A DNA stretch of 63,440 bases, counting the filler, from Kipferlia bialata (taxonomy: Eukaryota): the NCBI GenBank assembly GCA_003568945.1. It is 6 parts of 5 records of this genome, joined end to end, with 100 filler letters (N's around TTAATTAATTAA, not from the genome) between each part and the next. Parts side by side here need not be neighbours in the genome. Positions count along the whole stretch, not along the records: positions 40,156 to 53,422 come from BDIP01000970.1; positions 53,523 to 57,359 come from BDIP01000995.1; positions 57,460 to 63,440 come from BDIP01000995.1; 3 more parts are not named here. One strand, written 5' to 3'. Both the position numbers and the translations under genes were made by a program. Below the pieces are notes generated by a model. It saw only the letters and a program-made list of their open reading frames with translations. It did not search any database and was not told the DNA's origin. Positions 47,560-60,760 of this stretch are shown one piece after another (positions within the stretch are counted from its first letter, which is position 1; each line of letters starts with the position of its first letter).

Positions 47560-49104
47560 ACCCTTCCAATGAGTACAGACACCCTAGCCCCTGGGATCAG
47601 TACTTCCTCATGCCAAGGCTCTCTCTCGCTCTTTCCCTCTCCGCTCTCTGTCTCTCCCTCTCTCTCTCTCGGTCTCTCTCAATCTCCCTCAGTAACTCAT
47701 TCTCTTTCTCCTTCTCCCTCACCCTCTCTCTCCTTCTTCTCTCTCTCTCTCCAATAAAGTATTCATCCTCCTCCCCCTCCCCCTCTCCAAACGTGACCCT
47801 GTAGCACACCCTCTCCTCCCCCTCTACCTCACCGGTATCACCAATGATCTCTGCATAGCCACTGAGGAAGAAGGTGTCATCATCCAGCTGGGGGGTAAGG
47901 GGGGTATAGGGAGAGAGGGAGTGTGTGTGTGTGATAGAGAGAGATATGGGCTATATATACCTTTGTGGCGACAGCCCTATCAAGTGATAGAGGCAGTGTG
48001 CCCCAGTCCCTCCACTCTGCAGAGGGGTCATCGGTTGACAGGGCATGGACCTGGGGGTGGGGGAGGAGAGAGCGAGAGAGAGATATGGACGCTGATACAT
48101 ATGAGAGGAAGAAGGGAGAGAGCAGAAGAGGTGAGGGTAAGATAGAGGGAGAGAGATGAAGTGGAATAGGGTCAGAGGGCAAGACGCAATATAGAGAGGG
48201 ATAGCAGATATATAATACAGTGGGCACTGCGACTGAAGAACATCACAATGTAACCCATGCTCCCTTGGAAGAGAGAGAGAGAGGGAGAGAGAGGGAGAGA
48301 GATAGGTAGAGAGAGAGAGACAGATCCACCCACCCTGTTCTCGTGGGCCCTCCCCCCAATCACCACCAGATACCCGGCATAGGTAACCACGGCAGGGTGG
48401 GCAGTGGGGAAAGGCAGGGGGACAGGCGCCCCCCAGCGGGTCCCGGCCTCCTCTGACCGTATGTGCTCAGACACCCCCCAGAAGGTATCGGTGCGTATCA
48501 GGTGCAGCCCACCCCCACAGGAGACAGGGGCACCGGAGTGGGTGGGGGTGTCAGTGTCAGTGGCAGTGGACACTATGGGTGCGAAGGGGGGGAGGGGTAT
48601 GGAGGGGACCCCCCCAGATGAGAACATGGTTGACTCCCTTCCCACCCTGAGCTTGAACTCCTTCTTGCACCCCAGGGCCATGATGTACCCCCCCTTCCCT
48701 ACGGCATGGTCCACGGTGTAGGTGGGGACATCTAGACCCCCATCTAGCTGGTGCAGCACCTTCCAGTGGCCTGTCTGGAGGGACAGACCCTTCACTGTGC
48801 AGCAGGCGTGCTGGATGGACTGGAAGTGGAAGAGTCTACCCGGCAGTCTGTGGTAGTGCTGGGCACCGGGGGACCAAGGGGCAACAAGGGTCTTGTGGTA
48901 CGGCCGGGAGGTCTTCCTGGGGGTGGACACACCGCATGTCCGCCCCTGGCTGAGTGTGAGGCCGCCCCCCTCCCCCTCCTCAATCCAGACAGAGTGCACG
49001 CGGGTGTCGTTGACTGAGAGCAGAGGCCCAGAGCCGCACATCACAAGGTGGTCGGCCCCCACAGGGGACACGGGCTCCACCCTGATGCTGACGGGTGCTG
49101 TCAT
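47560..49104 (-). CDS. Kelch-like beta-propeller protein, multi-exon; 3' end approximate
   Basis: ORF 49104-48172 with LPFPTAHPAVVTYAGYLVVIGG Kelch motif; next exon VHALSTDDPSAEWRDWGTLP. Confidence 0.65.
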
Positions 49105-49263
49105 CCCAGGGCACGCAGAGGATCCCGGCCCAACACTCTACTCTGTCAGATTGAGTTAGTAAGAGAAGGAAGGTCCTGCTAAAGCCCTGTTTCCCCGTTT
49201 CAAACGTGTGCACGCTTTGCTGTTGACGCTTTTCAGAGGTCGACTCTTCTTCTATCCGCCATT

Positions 49264-50152
49264 ATGGCTTCGCAGAGTGGTGCGTCAGGCCTACCCCCCA
49301 CCCTGTGGGACACTACCTATGAGAGCCTGGCCTCTCTGCTACAGGCTATGAGAGAGGGGTCTGGGGGGGCATGGGTGGAGGGGAAAGGTACGTGGTCTCC
49401 CTATCCCTAATCCTATCTGACCCTATTTGAGTGAGCATTTCTCTTTCGTGACTCAGGTGTTATCAGTGTCAGACACCTGTCTTGCGGGCGTTAATGGGTT
49501 TGAAGTGTCCTTCCCCCCCCCTCTCCCCATATCTTTCTATTTCACCCATATCTTTCTGTTTCAGTCGTCTATTAATATCTGTTTCTCCTCGTATTCTGGA
49601 GACATAGAGTGTTGACCGGTCGCTCTCCACTGATACCAGGCAAAGCCCTGACCATTGGGTGTGCCTCCTGTGGGGAGTGCTGTGTCAAGTACTCAGAGAA
49701 GGCCAAGGTCAGGAGGTGGCGCGGAGAGACAGCGCCCATGCTGAGGCTGCTCTCATTCAAGAAGGTGGGGGGGGGGTGGGATGTCTCAATAACTACATGC
49801 CCTTGCATTAGGTATAGTCTGCCATCTCTACCAGTATGCTGCCTTGCGCCGATTCTCATATTCCAGTCTGTGCGAAAGGGGACCACCCACGTACATGACA
49901 CACATGCCCCTGACTGTCCCCTGCAGCCCCAGAGAGAGCCGGTCACTGCAACACCAATCTCACTCAATCACGAGGGTGAGTAACGCATGCCTGGGGTAGC
50001 GTGCTCCACACTGACTCTCACTTTCTTCGTTAACGTCAGATCTAAGACTTGGAAGACCAGTGGCCGCCCTCAGTCCCTACGAGACGCTGTGGGTGTACTA
50101 TGATGAGGACGCTAAGTTGTCGGATAGCGCTGTGTCGCTAGCAGTAGCCAGG
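49264..50152 (+). CDS. Multi-exon host gene of unknown function; boundaries approximate
   Basis: ATG 49264 (MASQSGASG...WVEGK) then GT-AG introns and exons including a CASCGECC segment. Confidence 0.35.
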
Positions 50153-51992
50153 TAGAGTGTCTTTGAGAATGGGTACGCGGAGAGTTAGTGGTGTTAATAT
50201 CCCAGCCTCACCCCAGCCACTCTATGTCTGACAGTCTAGTGGTGGAGGTCAGCGATAGGGTCAGTTTCCCTGAGGGAGTGGAGTTTGTGAGGTAATAATA
50301 GGAGGATGTGAATTATGGACGGTAGAGAGACGTTTGTGTTACATGTACTTCATCGATAGACCCTTGGACATGGTAGTGTGACTACTCTCTCGGTGTTGTT
50401 GTGAATCATCTAATGTCAGGTACCTGGCACGCATAGGAGGTGTCGCCTACCTGCTCTTCCAGGTTACTAACCTGGACCGGGTTAGGTCCCAACACATAAG
50501 GAGTCTTGCAATGTGGGTGGATCTGTGTTCAATATAGTATACAACTCTGTGACCACCTCCAACTCAGGTTCGGGCTGGAACTGGACACATTGACTCTGCA
50601 GCCAACAGGGGAGTGGCTTAGGTACTAATACTATTAGTATCCATAACTATTAGCAGTACTAATAGTTATTGATATCCTCACTGGCCTTACCACACAACTA
50701 CATTGTGGCAATTGGTGTCACTAGCTTGCATTTCTGTGTCTACGCTACTGTGTCTCATGTCAGCTACACTGGACCAGATCGAGACACTGTTGCCGTACTT
50801 GGTGGTGATTTGGTGTTGCTCTCTGGTAATAGAGAGCGCAGGTTAGTCCCTTTCCGACAATTTACAGCACCTGTGCTGTTCCGTCTAGTCTAGAGACGTG
50901 TCTCTTTCCCTCAGTGAGATATTATTGTCTCATCTATATGTTGCACTCTCTAGTTCATCCTAGGTATCACCCGGACTCTGCGGCCTGGACTGAGACGACC
51001 GTCCCGGCAAGAGACGGTCGTGTTGTTAGCTTCTATGGCAACTTCATTTCAGCAGTGGTTAAAGACACCCTCTATACACGGACTATGAACATGTCTGGTG
51101 CCTACCGCTCAGAGAACGGATGGACCGAAGTCGAGAGGATCCCACGGTCGTGTAATTCCCGGAGTCTCCTCCTGGCCGTCTTCGAGCAAGCCACTCTGCT
51201 GTCTCACTATCCGATCGATAGTAAGGATCCGGTTACCTCATATGCCACGGGCCATACCATTCTGATCCCAAATGCTGTCTCCGGGCGAAGATATAACCCT
51301 GACTTTCCACGCTCCCCGGCTCCATACCTGACATATGACTGTGTCTCTCACCAATACCGAGAGCTTGAGGGTACGTGTCACCCTTTGATGTGCCTCTATA
51401 CTGTATGAGATCTCGATCCGATCCGGGTTTACGATTCAACCACATGTAATAATTGTTACTAAGAGTTTGTTACCATCCCTTATGTCAGGGGTTGCACCTA
51501 TGAAAGACCTGTTCATTCTTCCCTCTGTCTCTGACCTCTATCAAGGCCAGGCCATAGCCGTTGTCATACCAAGGCCGAGGGGCCACAGTGCTAGGTACGC
51601 AGATCAGATTTATCTTTTGTTCCTTTCCTATCCTTTACTAATTCTTAGCGAAAGGAGGCGGAAGAGACCGTGTTCTGCAATGTTCCTACTGGACATTGAG
51701 ATTCCCATACAGTAGGGTGTGGTATAGTTATCACTAGACACTATCACAGTGATCTGGGTACCAGTCAAGAGGGGTATTCATCAGTATCTGAAGAATACAA
51801 CAGTCATTGCCATTCATATCGTGAGTCTTGGGAATCTGCATGTGGGTTCTCTATGGTATTGATTCTAAGGAACCACTGAGAATTGTGGGGGTTGTCTGAC
51901 TATAAACTGAGCAACAAATAGTGTATAATTTGAGCCAAACAGGTGTCTCCAACTTAGAGAGTGACACTCTCTTTTGCTTGAGGCATACTCCC

Positions 51993-53204
51993 CTATATGT
52001 GAATGGCGTCACCCCTGGGCTTCTGCCTCACCCCTGGGTACACGATGATGGCTAGGGACACCCCCTCGACCACGTTGGCTGGGACTAAGAGGTACTTGTA
52101 CAGTGTCTTAAACGTGTCGGTGCTGTCACTGGTGTAGACCCTCACCACCATCAGGACAGTCATGGCTATGTATGCTGTGCAGTATGTGGCATAGACCCAG
52201 GGCAGGAGGTCCAGCTTTGAGAGGCGTCTCTTCTTCTTAGTCCATCGCTTGGCACCTTGAGGGCTCCCTGGGGGAGAGGCGTGCTCTAGATAGCTGGAGG
52301 GGGTGGAGAGGGACATGGTCCTGTCCAGAGAGGCCCGTGCCCTACGCACAGTAACCAGAAGGCAGGTCATGATAGTGGCACTGAGGGGGAGTGGGGATAT
52401 GCACAAGGGATTGTAGAGGTAGAAGTAGAAGTAGTATGCGAGGAATGATAAGTGACATATGTTGGAGTACTGGATTGACGTACAGTTGCACCACGGCCAG
52501 AACACTTAGGAAGCGGTATCTGGGAGTTAGACTTATGAATCATAAGTTACGATGAGACATACTACATATCCATGATGCACAGTCCCAGTGGTAATTTGAC
52601 AACTGACCTGTATATAGTCCCTCTAACCCTGTCCATATATGGCCCGGCTGTCCTGATACTCTCAAAGTAGGGGTATCCCTCCTCATATAGATCCATATCA
52701 GCTAGATACTGGTCTATCCCTAGGAACAGTGCTGCCCCCAGTATCAGAGCACTGCAACACACTAGGATACGAGTTGCACGCTTGAAGAGACTGAGGATGA
52801 GAAGACGTACATGTGTCAGAAGAGAGACAGTGCAACACAATACGGTCAACCGTACTGATAAAGAGAAATATACTAATGAGAGAGAGATAGAGTTGCAGGC
52901 TCACCTTGGCTTGACAATGCCCCTGAATGTCTGCATGTACAGGAAGGCAAGTGCGATGGAGAGGAGGGAGGGAGACCCGAAGGTAAGGAAGGCTAGGGTG
53001 GCCTAGAAGTGAGGCGGATACAAAATGAGAAAGGAGGAAATCGGATTTGATAAATACAGTATGAGATTGGAGAGAGGGGGGGGGGGGCGATAGGGGCACA
53101 TTACCTTTGGTTGGAGCCACTCGTACTCGAGGGGGTAGTTCCCGTTGGTGTACACATGGTTGTATACAGATGCGGCGACACTAGCAAGGGTGTAGACACC
53201 TGGG

Positions 53205-53242
<38 letters not shown>

Positions 53243-53340
53243 GTGAGATGGAATCCGTGCCTAGTATCCCTCCCATATACACAACGGCCTGGCGCGACAC
53301 ATCGTTCTGACGGCGTAGCAGAGCAACGTAGCACACAGAG
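51993..53340 (-). CDS. Multi-pass membrane protein, multi-exon, partial
   Basis: Hydrophobic exon blocks (RILVCCSALILGAALFLGI; LLPWVYATYCTAYIAMTVLMVV; VVEGVSLAIIVY). Confidence 0.5.
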
Positions 53341-53391
53341 AGCAGGGCTGAGGTCAGTGACAAAAGAGAAGGGGTCCTCGGGAGGGGGGGG

Positions 53392-53422
<31 letters not shown>

Positions 53423-53522
53423 NNNNNNNNNNNNNNNNNNNNNNNNNNNNNNNNNNNNNNNNNNNNTTAATTAATTAANNNNNNNNNNNNNNNNNNNNNN
53501 NNNNNNNNNNNNNNNNNNNNNN

Positions 53523-53573
<51 letters not shown>

Positions 53574-53654
53574 TTCAGAGCCGACAGAAAATAGGCAATA
53601 GACATGGCAGTATCACTAGATAAATGAATACAATAATAGCCAAATTGGACAGTA

Positions 53655-56600
53655 CCTGCGTGGTTGGAGAGCACGGCCGAGGTGGTGTCGAGGAGGAGGA
53701 CGACCAGAGAGGCTGCACTCTCCTCTGACCCATCACCACCAGTATCCATAGAGTCCATAGAGTCTAGGTGGCCTGAGGAGCAGGGTGGCTGGTCGGCTAG
53801 GCACGATACGATGCAGGATAGAAGGACAAAGTAGGCCTTGAGTTCCACCTGAGTGAGAGGGGTAGGGAGGAAAACTCTGAGAACTAAAGACTATATATAT
53901 CACGAAGATGCAAATATATCCATACCTTTATGAGCGTGGGCATCTCCACCGTGTGTGACCTCAGCAGGTGGGCGGACCCACTCTCCCTGGCCGCCCTGAC
54001 TATACCCGCCTTGGCAGTGTGCATGTCTAGCCTGTGGTCCAGGTCCATCCCAAACCTGGCTGCAAAGTCAGCACTCTGTCTGAGGAGGAGGAGAAGGTGC
54101 ATCACAGCCTCGGGACCGATGAAGGGCCTCACGCTGGACACGACGGCCCTTGCCACGCATATGAGCACGGTGAGTAGCACTGTCTTGCTGTCGACCACGT
54201 TCCACTGCCTGAGGACCCTCTCTACGTCTGCTGCACTGCGGGTCTGGCCCTGCAGGGACAGGGAGAGAGAGAAGGCGTTGAGGGAGGATATGGACTGGAT
54301 GGAGGCCTTGCCAAATAGGTCTGACAGCCAGTTGACGACTAGGGACCAGTCCTCGGGGGACAGGGCGTCGGGGCGTGACTGTAGCAGAGAGAGAACAGAG
54401 TTGAACAAGGCAACCAGGTCACACCCCTCCTGTCCCTCTCCCTCCTTGGCCCCTGGGAAGGGGTAGGGTCCACTACCCTTGGAGGTGCCTGGCCTTGAGG
54501 CAGCGGGTGTGAACTGGGCCTCTGAGTCAGACTCCTCCCCCTCTGACCCCTCCTCACCCTGTGCATATGCGTCAAGGGCAGCAGACGAGGCCTCTCTCTC
54601 GGCACTCCCGAGGGCAGGCATCTTCCCTAGGAAGGTCTGCTCGAGGGATATGTGCAGCACCAGCTGGAGGTACTCCTGCAGCACGGAGAGAGAGGTGGGG
54701 GCAGCCTGCATGAGTATGGAGCCAGTCCCTACCAGCAGGTCCCCCCTGAGACCCAGGGAGTGTGACCCCTGATCCACGTAGTCCTGTCCCAGGGCCATGG
54801 CCACTGCCCCTCTGTTGGCACCCAGGGCAGGTGCCGCAATGGGCCTGATCACCCTTGTGAACACCATATCAAAGAGCAGGGAGTGCGTGGCAGGGCACAC
54901 GATGTACTGGGGTGGGACAGGGGCAGGCCCCATCGAGCTGTGCAGTCCATGGGTGTTGGGGGTGTAGTGGCCACGGCCCGACGTCAGGAAGGCCTCGTGT
55001 CGGGTGCCAGTCTCCCTCAGCCTCTCCCTGTGCCGCTCCTTCTCGAGGGAGGGCGTCTCGTCGTCGTCTGAGGTCAGGACACTGATGACCTCGGGCTCAT
55101 CGTGTAGATCGAGGTCAGCCACAGAGGGTCTGATGCCAGGCCTCCTAGTGTGCTGGGGAGGGGTAGATAGACCCATGGCCACACCCCCTAGGCCTGAGGA
55201 GTAGTTGGGGATGGCAGAAGGGAACACGGAGAGGGTATCACCCTCCTCCTCCTCCTCGTTGTCGTGCACCACTGTACCGTCCTGGGAGAGGACTGTGTCG
55301 AACCCACACACACTGCGTGTCTGCGTTACATCCATGTCCATGGTGTCCATTGAGTGCAGGGGGTACCCCTCGCCCTCTGACGCAGCCTCTGCCCCCTCCT
55401 GTGAGACCATCGATGTCACAGTCATGTCCATACTCATAGTGGAGTCAAACACATCCTCTCTTCTGCTGTGACACATGGACAGGCCGTGGGAGGGACCAGC
55501 AAGGGCACCCTCCCGCTCCCTCTGCCTCTGCTCCTCCAGGTCCCTGGCGATCTCTCTCTCCAGTTCCTCAGGCAGTCTCAGAGAGTCCACAAGGATAAAT
55601 CTCAGCGCCTTGTGGAACAGCTGCTGACTCTTGGTCCTAATGACTCCCTCCTTGCTGCGTACACCGCACTGCAGGGCATCCAGCAGCTCTAGCAGGGTCT
55701 CCTGGAACACAGCCTCGATGTCTCTGTGGGGTATGTCCAACTGGATGAAGGGGGGACGGAGGTGGGAAGGGGCGGCAGATGCCTCGATCTGTCTCTGCTG
55801 GGTGGCAGAGGCAGACGCCAGGAACAGGCTGAATGTGTTGGTCAGCACCGTGTGGAGAGTGTCCACAGCCCTGAAGGAGACGTGCAGCACCTGAGTGTCA
55901 GCATATATGGTATGACATTCATACATGCAGACTTAATCGTTAGCGTCAGGCATAAACCAATCTACCCACCTGTGTCTGGTCTCTGAGTGCACACACCAGC
56001 CTGATCAGCACAGTCAGACCCTCCCCATAGAGAGGGGGGGCAGAGAGGGACAGAAGGGTGGAGAGTACAGTGGATGAACGGTCTATGAGACGGGCCACAG
56101 GGGCGCTGGACACCTCTGACCCCCCTCTGTTCCTGGTCATAGAGGTGGCCCTAGAAATGAGAGGAGAACACTATCCAAATATATATATCTATATATGTAC
56201 AATGCGCTTGTTGTCTGACATGTGGCATGTACCAAATGCAGGTGGCCCTGGGGGTGGGGTATAGAGTATATATATATATATATATATATATAGTCGGGCC
56301 ATCTTACAATATATATATGGCAGGTACCAAGGCATACCTTCCCAGTGTCTCTGCTAGCACGTATAGGATTGGGGTCCAGTCAATGCATCTGAACACGTCC
56401 TCGTACAGACCCACCAGTCTGATCAGAGAGTCGGCAGTCCTAATGGTCAGAGAGAGGGGCCAATGCAATACGTATCAGGGAAGACTACCCTACCACGCCC
56501 TACCTCAGTACCACATTGACGTGTCCCAACCGCACCACCACCCTGTATGCCGCACAGAGCTCTGTGAGAAGGGCATCGACGTCCAGCAGCTCCGAGGTTG

Positions 56601-57300
56601 CTCTCTCTGTCGGTGGCATCTCCATATTAGACAGGGTGTCTGGGCCTGCGAGGGAGGGTGACCCTTGGTGTATCTGGGCCCTCCCCATCTGGGTCTGTAG
56701 GGCCATGAGGGAGGTCTCAGCCACCTTGTCCAGCACAGACAGGAGTAGGGTACCCAGGGAACTGGCCAGGTTGGCAGACAGCACCCCGGTGACACCCTGG
56801 GAAGGAGAGGATGTCTTATCCTTGTCCTTGGGGTCCTGTCTTTCATCGGGGTCAGCCCTCCTGGGCTTGAAGGCAAGGAGGTCTCCCATGAAGGACCTGG
56901 GGTTACACAAGAAATGGAGAGTGATGAGTACACATGTAGAAATACTTCACACAATGTATATATGCACCCACCTGAAGACTGGGAAGAGCTCTGTGACGCT
57001 GGTCAGGGATAGGTTAGTGGTGAGGACGTCGAGGATCATGGAGAGCGAGTGCACCCGGGTGTGGGTGTAGACCGAGTGCTGGGGGCTGAAGAATATGTCC
57101 AGCTCCTCCCTGGCCACTGTACACAGAGAGACAAGGAAGGCACGCCTATACTGCACAGGCCACACGGTGCCCCCCAGACACACATTCTGCACCTCCTGCA
57201 AGGGAACAATGCGCTTCATGTTGGCCACGTTCTGTGTGACTGTGTCTGCCTCACCTGTTGCAAGGGCAGAGAGCACGTACTGGGAGTCGTAGTGGTGCCT
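53655..57300 (-). CDS. Large HEAT/ARM-type protein, likely Sec7/BIG-family ArfGEF C-terminal (HDS) region, partial
   Basis: 680-aa exon plus flanking exons; FAARF...HRL...PTLIK resembles the BIG/Sec7 C-terminal FA..FN...R...PNLLK motif; helical repeats. Confidence 0.45.
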
Positions 57301-57579
57301 GGGTGTGTGTGTGTGGGGGGGGGGGGGGGGCACTAATATACACATACACTACAATGATANNNNNNNNNNNNNNNNNNNNNNNNNNNNNNNNNNNNNNNNN
57401 NNNTTAATTAATTAANNNNNNNNNNNNNNNNNNNNNNNNNNNNNNNNNNNNNNNNNNNNGCTGGGTTTATATTTGCTTTTTTTGGGTCCCCCCCCCCCCC
57501 CCTCTCTTTCCCGTCATGACTCACATATTTCTTAGTGCAAACATGCCTCTCTTGTCATATATACCCCTCTAACTCCTAG

Positions 57580-60500
57580 GATGAGCTTCCTCTCGACTTC
57601 GGTCAGATGATTAGTGGATACCGGACGTACAAGAGTCTCTATGAGGTACGTTGGTGTTGACTGACTCCCTTGGTATATTTGTTGTCATACGGTTACTCAC
57701 ATCCTACACTATGAGTCCATCTCTGTCTTACTACTGTTCTATGCCTACTAACCTCTCAGGTCTCCTACCTCCAGAGGAAGCTTACCACCCTCCTGTGTGA
57801 CAAGAAGGTGTGGTTACATACACTGTGTATATACACAACTGTATTTCACCTCTTCACTGATGTGTTAGCTTGTCTGTAACTTCCTCACTGACATCCAACT
57901 TATACCCCAGACCCTTGACTCTGATGACATTGAGAGGTTTGTGGAGTTTGCAGCAGATGGGTACCGCCAGTCGCTCATCCTAGACGGACTGCCAGTCATT
58001 AGGTATATTCATTCTTATATACACATAGAGGGGGAGAGCGCATTAGTATGAACAAGTATTTTGTTTATAATGGTTTTATATACATATCCTTAGACAGTCG
58101 CCTTGATACCCCTACCCCTTGCCTGAAGTACTCTTTTGTGTATATGCAGTGTCCCACCCCAGTCCTGATAAGGATACCGAGTCTGGGTATCTGATGAACA
58201 TACCAGTGGGGAAGTACTTTGAGGACGGGAACAAGGTGGGTATTTTCTGCCCAGTTCGTGCATATTGCTCTATTGAGCTAGCGATAATGCAACGTACCAA
58301 TATGGTATGTGTATCTATCACTCTCTCACCCTTCCCCTATAATGACACCTAGGTCCAGCTCTACAACCACCTTGCCTTGGAGATACAGTGGCACGAACCA
58401 GAGTCAAAGGGGTGAGTGTACACAATACATTAGTTATCCATAGTGACCCCCTTTGTTGCAATGTCCAGTCTACTCACCCCAGCCGCATTGTGGGCTTCAT
58501 CGCCACCCCCCACTCCCTTGACTGGTCTGCTGTAGACTACGATACCACCACAGACATACTCAACGTGCCACCCCTGGTGATAGCACTGGAGGAGCAGGTG
58601 TGTTGCTTGTTTTCACAGATTGTTACTGAAATTGGCATGGATTGGAAATAGTAACCGGCTCTTATTTGTGAGGGACTCTCAGACTAACTGAACAGGATGG
58701 GGCATACGCAACCTCTGCCGATGTTCTGTTCACATACACCGTGGACTTTGAGATGAGTGACAAGACATGGGCCAGTCGGTGGCAGGTATCTCAGGATTAT
58801 GGATGGTCTATATATAGAGTTAAGTGTAATTGGGTCTCGGTATCAGGGACATGCTTAGTATCCTTTTATGAGGTGTCTTTGGAGATATTCATGTCCCCTC
58901 ATACCAGGTTGTGATTGAGAACGAGCCCTCTGGTATGCGCATAGCTGGCATCGCCTTCACCTCCCTGGTGATACTCTTCCTGTCTGTAGCAGTGGGTCTG
59001 CTGGTGCTAGGCATATTCAAGGCAGACGTCATGAGATACGCACAGGACCTGGCGAGGTATGGCATGAGTATATTGTGTGACACATACACATAGCTACTAT
59101 ATATATATAATTGATATATTATGCCCTCACCCTAGGGAGGAGGCAGGGTGGAAGCTACTCGCCCCTGAGGTCTTTAGGGCCCCTGCCCACTCTGCCCTGT
59201 TGTGTGCACTGTTTGGACTGGGGTGGCAGGTACACGTATATGATATACCGTCATTTATGTCCATATTCTATTACATGTGCGCTCTATACCCTCAAGGTGT
59301 CTATATTGTGCACTACTAAGACTGTAGTGACAGGTAGAGATTGTGTATTGTGCCCTTCAGTGCAAACCCTATTGTATGGTCTCTCACACCCAGCTCTTTG
59401 CCGCCCTGTCTCTCACTGCCATCCTGACCCTTGCCGGTGCTGTCTCCCCTGCAGACCCAGGGTCATTCACTACTGCCTTGCTCATATGCGGGGCACTCTG
59501 CGGAGTAATAGGTATGCGGCCTCACTACAACGCTGTAGTATTCATGTGATTGTCAATACTGCTACTATATGTGGGCTACTCTGTACCCTAACACTATAAT
59601 TCAAAATTCTGACGTTGCAGGTGGCTACACTGGTGCCAGGGGTCTAGTCACCCTGAGACTCAGTAGTCAGACTAGACAGGTGGCCACACTCATGATGGGG
59701 GCGCCAGGTATATATGTGTACATTCGATATACACATTTCTACAGCGGATGTGCACTACTCTTGCATTGTTGGAAGCATGTCCCCGACCGATCTCATCCAA
59801 GCCCTGTGTTTCGGGGCCTTTCTTGTGTCCGACCTCATATTCTGGGCCATGGGCTCCACATCAGCTGTCCCTCTCTCGGCTATAGGTATGGGTGTATCGA
59901 GTAGTGTACAGAGTTGTGACATGCTAACCCGTTAGGCCTCCTTGTCCTTCTGTGGTGCCTCCATGCCGTTACCACTGTAGCAGGGGTCAGCACGGGGGTC
60001 AGACGTCCTGCTGCCCCCCTACCATGCCAGAGACTACCCATACCCAGGCCTATTCCCCAGCAGGACCTCTGGTACGTCTATATACCTATATCCTATTATA
60101 TTCCTCAATATACCCTTACCTATAGGCTGCGTCGCCCTGTTCTGGAGTTGATCGCCTCCTGTGCCCCATCTCTGGCAGTGTTCAGCGAGTTCTCTGTGCT
60201 AGTAGAGGTGCTGATGGAGGGAGGGGGGATGTACTTCCTCGGGGCAACAATAGGTAGGAACCTGTATGTACTCATCTCTCATCTCTTATATCTTTAACCG
60301 TCAGGCCTCCTAATCATCGACCTCGTCGTGAGCGCTGAGGTTGCAATTGTAGTCATATTCACACGGCTCAGTCACGAGGACCATCGGTACGTACTCTCTC
60401 TCTCTCTCTGACAAGACCAAGGCACCTATGTCCCAGTATACCCCCCATATTCCGTTCTTCCCCCCCTCTCTCACCCTAGGTGGCACTGGAGCGCCTTCTC

Positions 60501-60705
60501 TGCCCCTTCCCTCTCCGGCATATGGCTCTCTCTGACTGCATTTGGGTACTTTACCCCTACAGAGGCACCATGGCCGTTCTTTGTTGTCTCTGTGCTATAC
60601 TCAGTCCTTATAGGTGGTGTGTTTGCACTCACTGCTGGCAGTATAGGTCTAACTGCTGGGCATGCATTCTGTTACGTCGCATACGGCCTCATCAAGTCTA
60701 AATAG
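57580..60705 (+). CDS. Transmembrane 9 superfamily (nonaspanin/EMP70) protein, multi-exon, 5' truncated
   Basis: ILDGLPV, LYNHL, RIVGF...PHS, VLFTYTVDF...WASRW, KADVMRY...EEAGWKLLAPEVFRAP, EDHRWHWSAF; ends YGLIKSK*. Confidence 0.92.
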
Positions 60706-60760
60706 ATAGAGACTATGTAGAAGCAAGGAGCAGGGAGTGACACTCTCCCTACACATGTGT

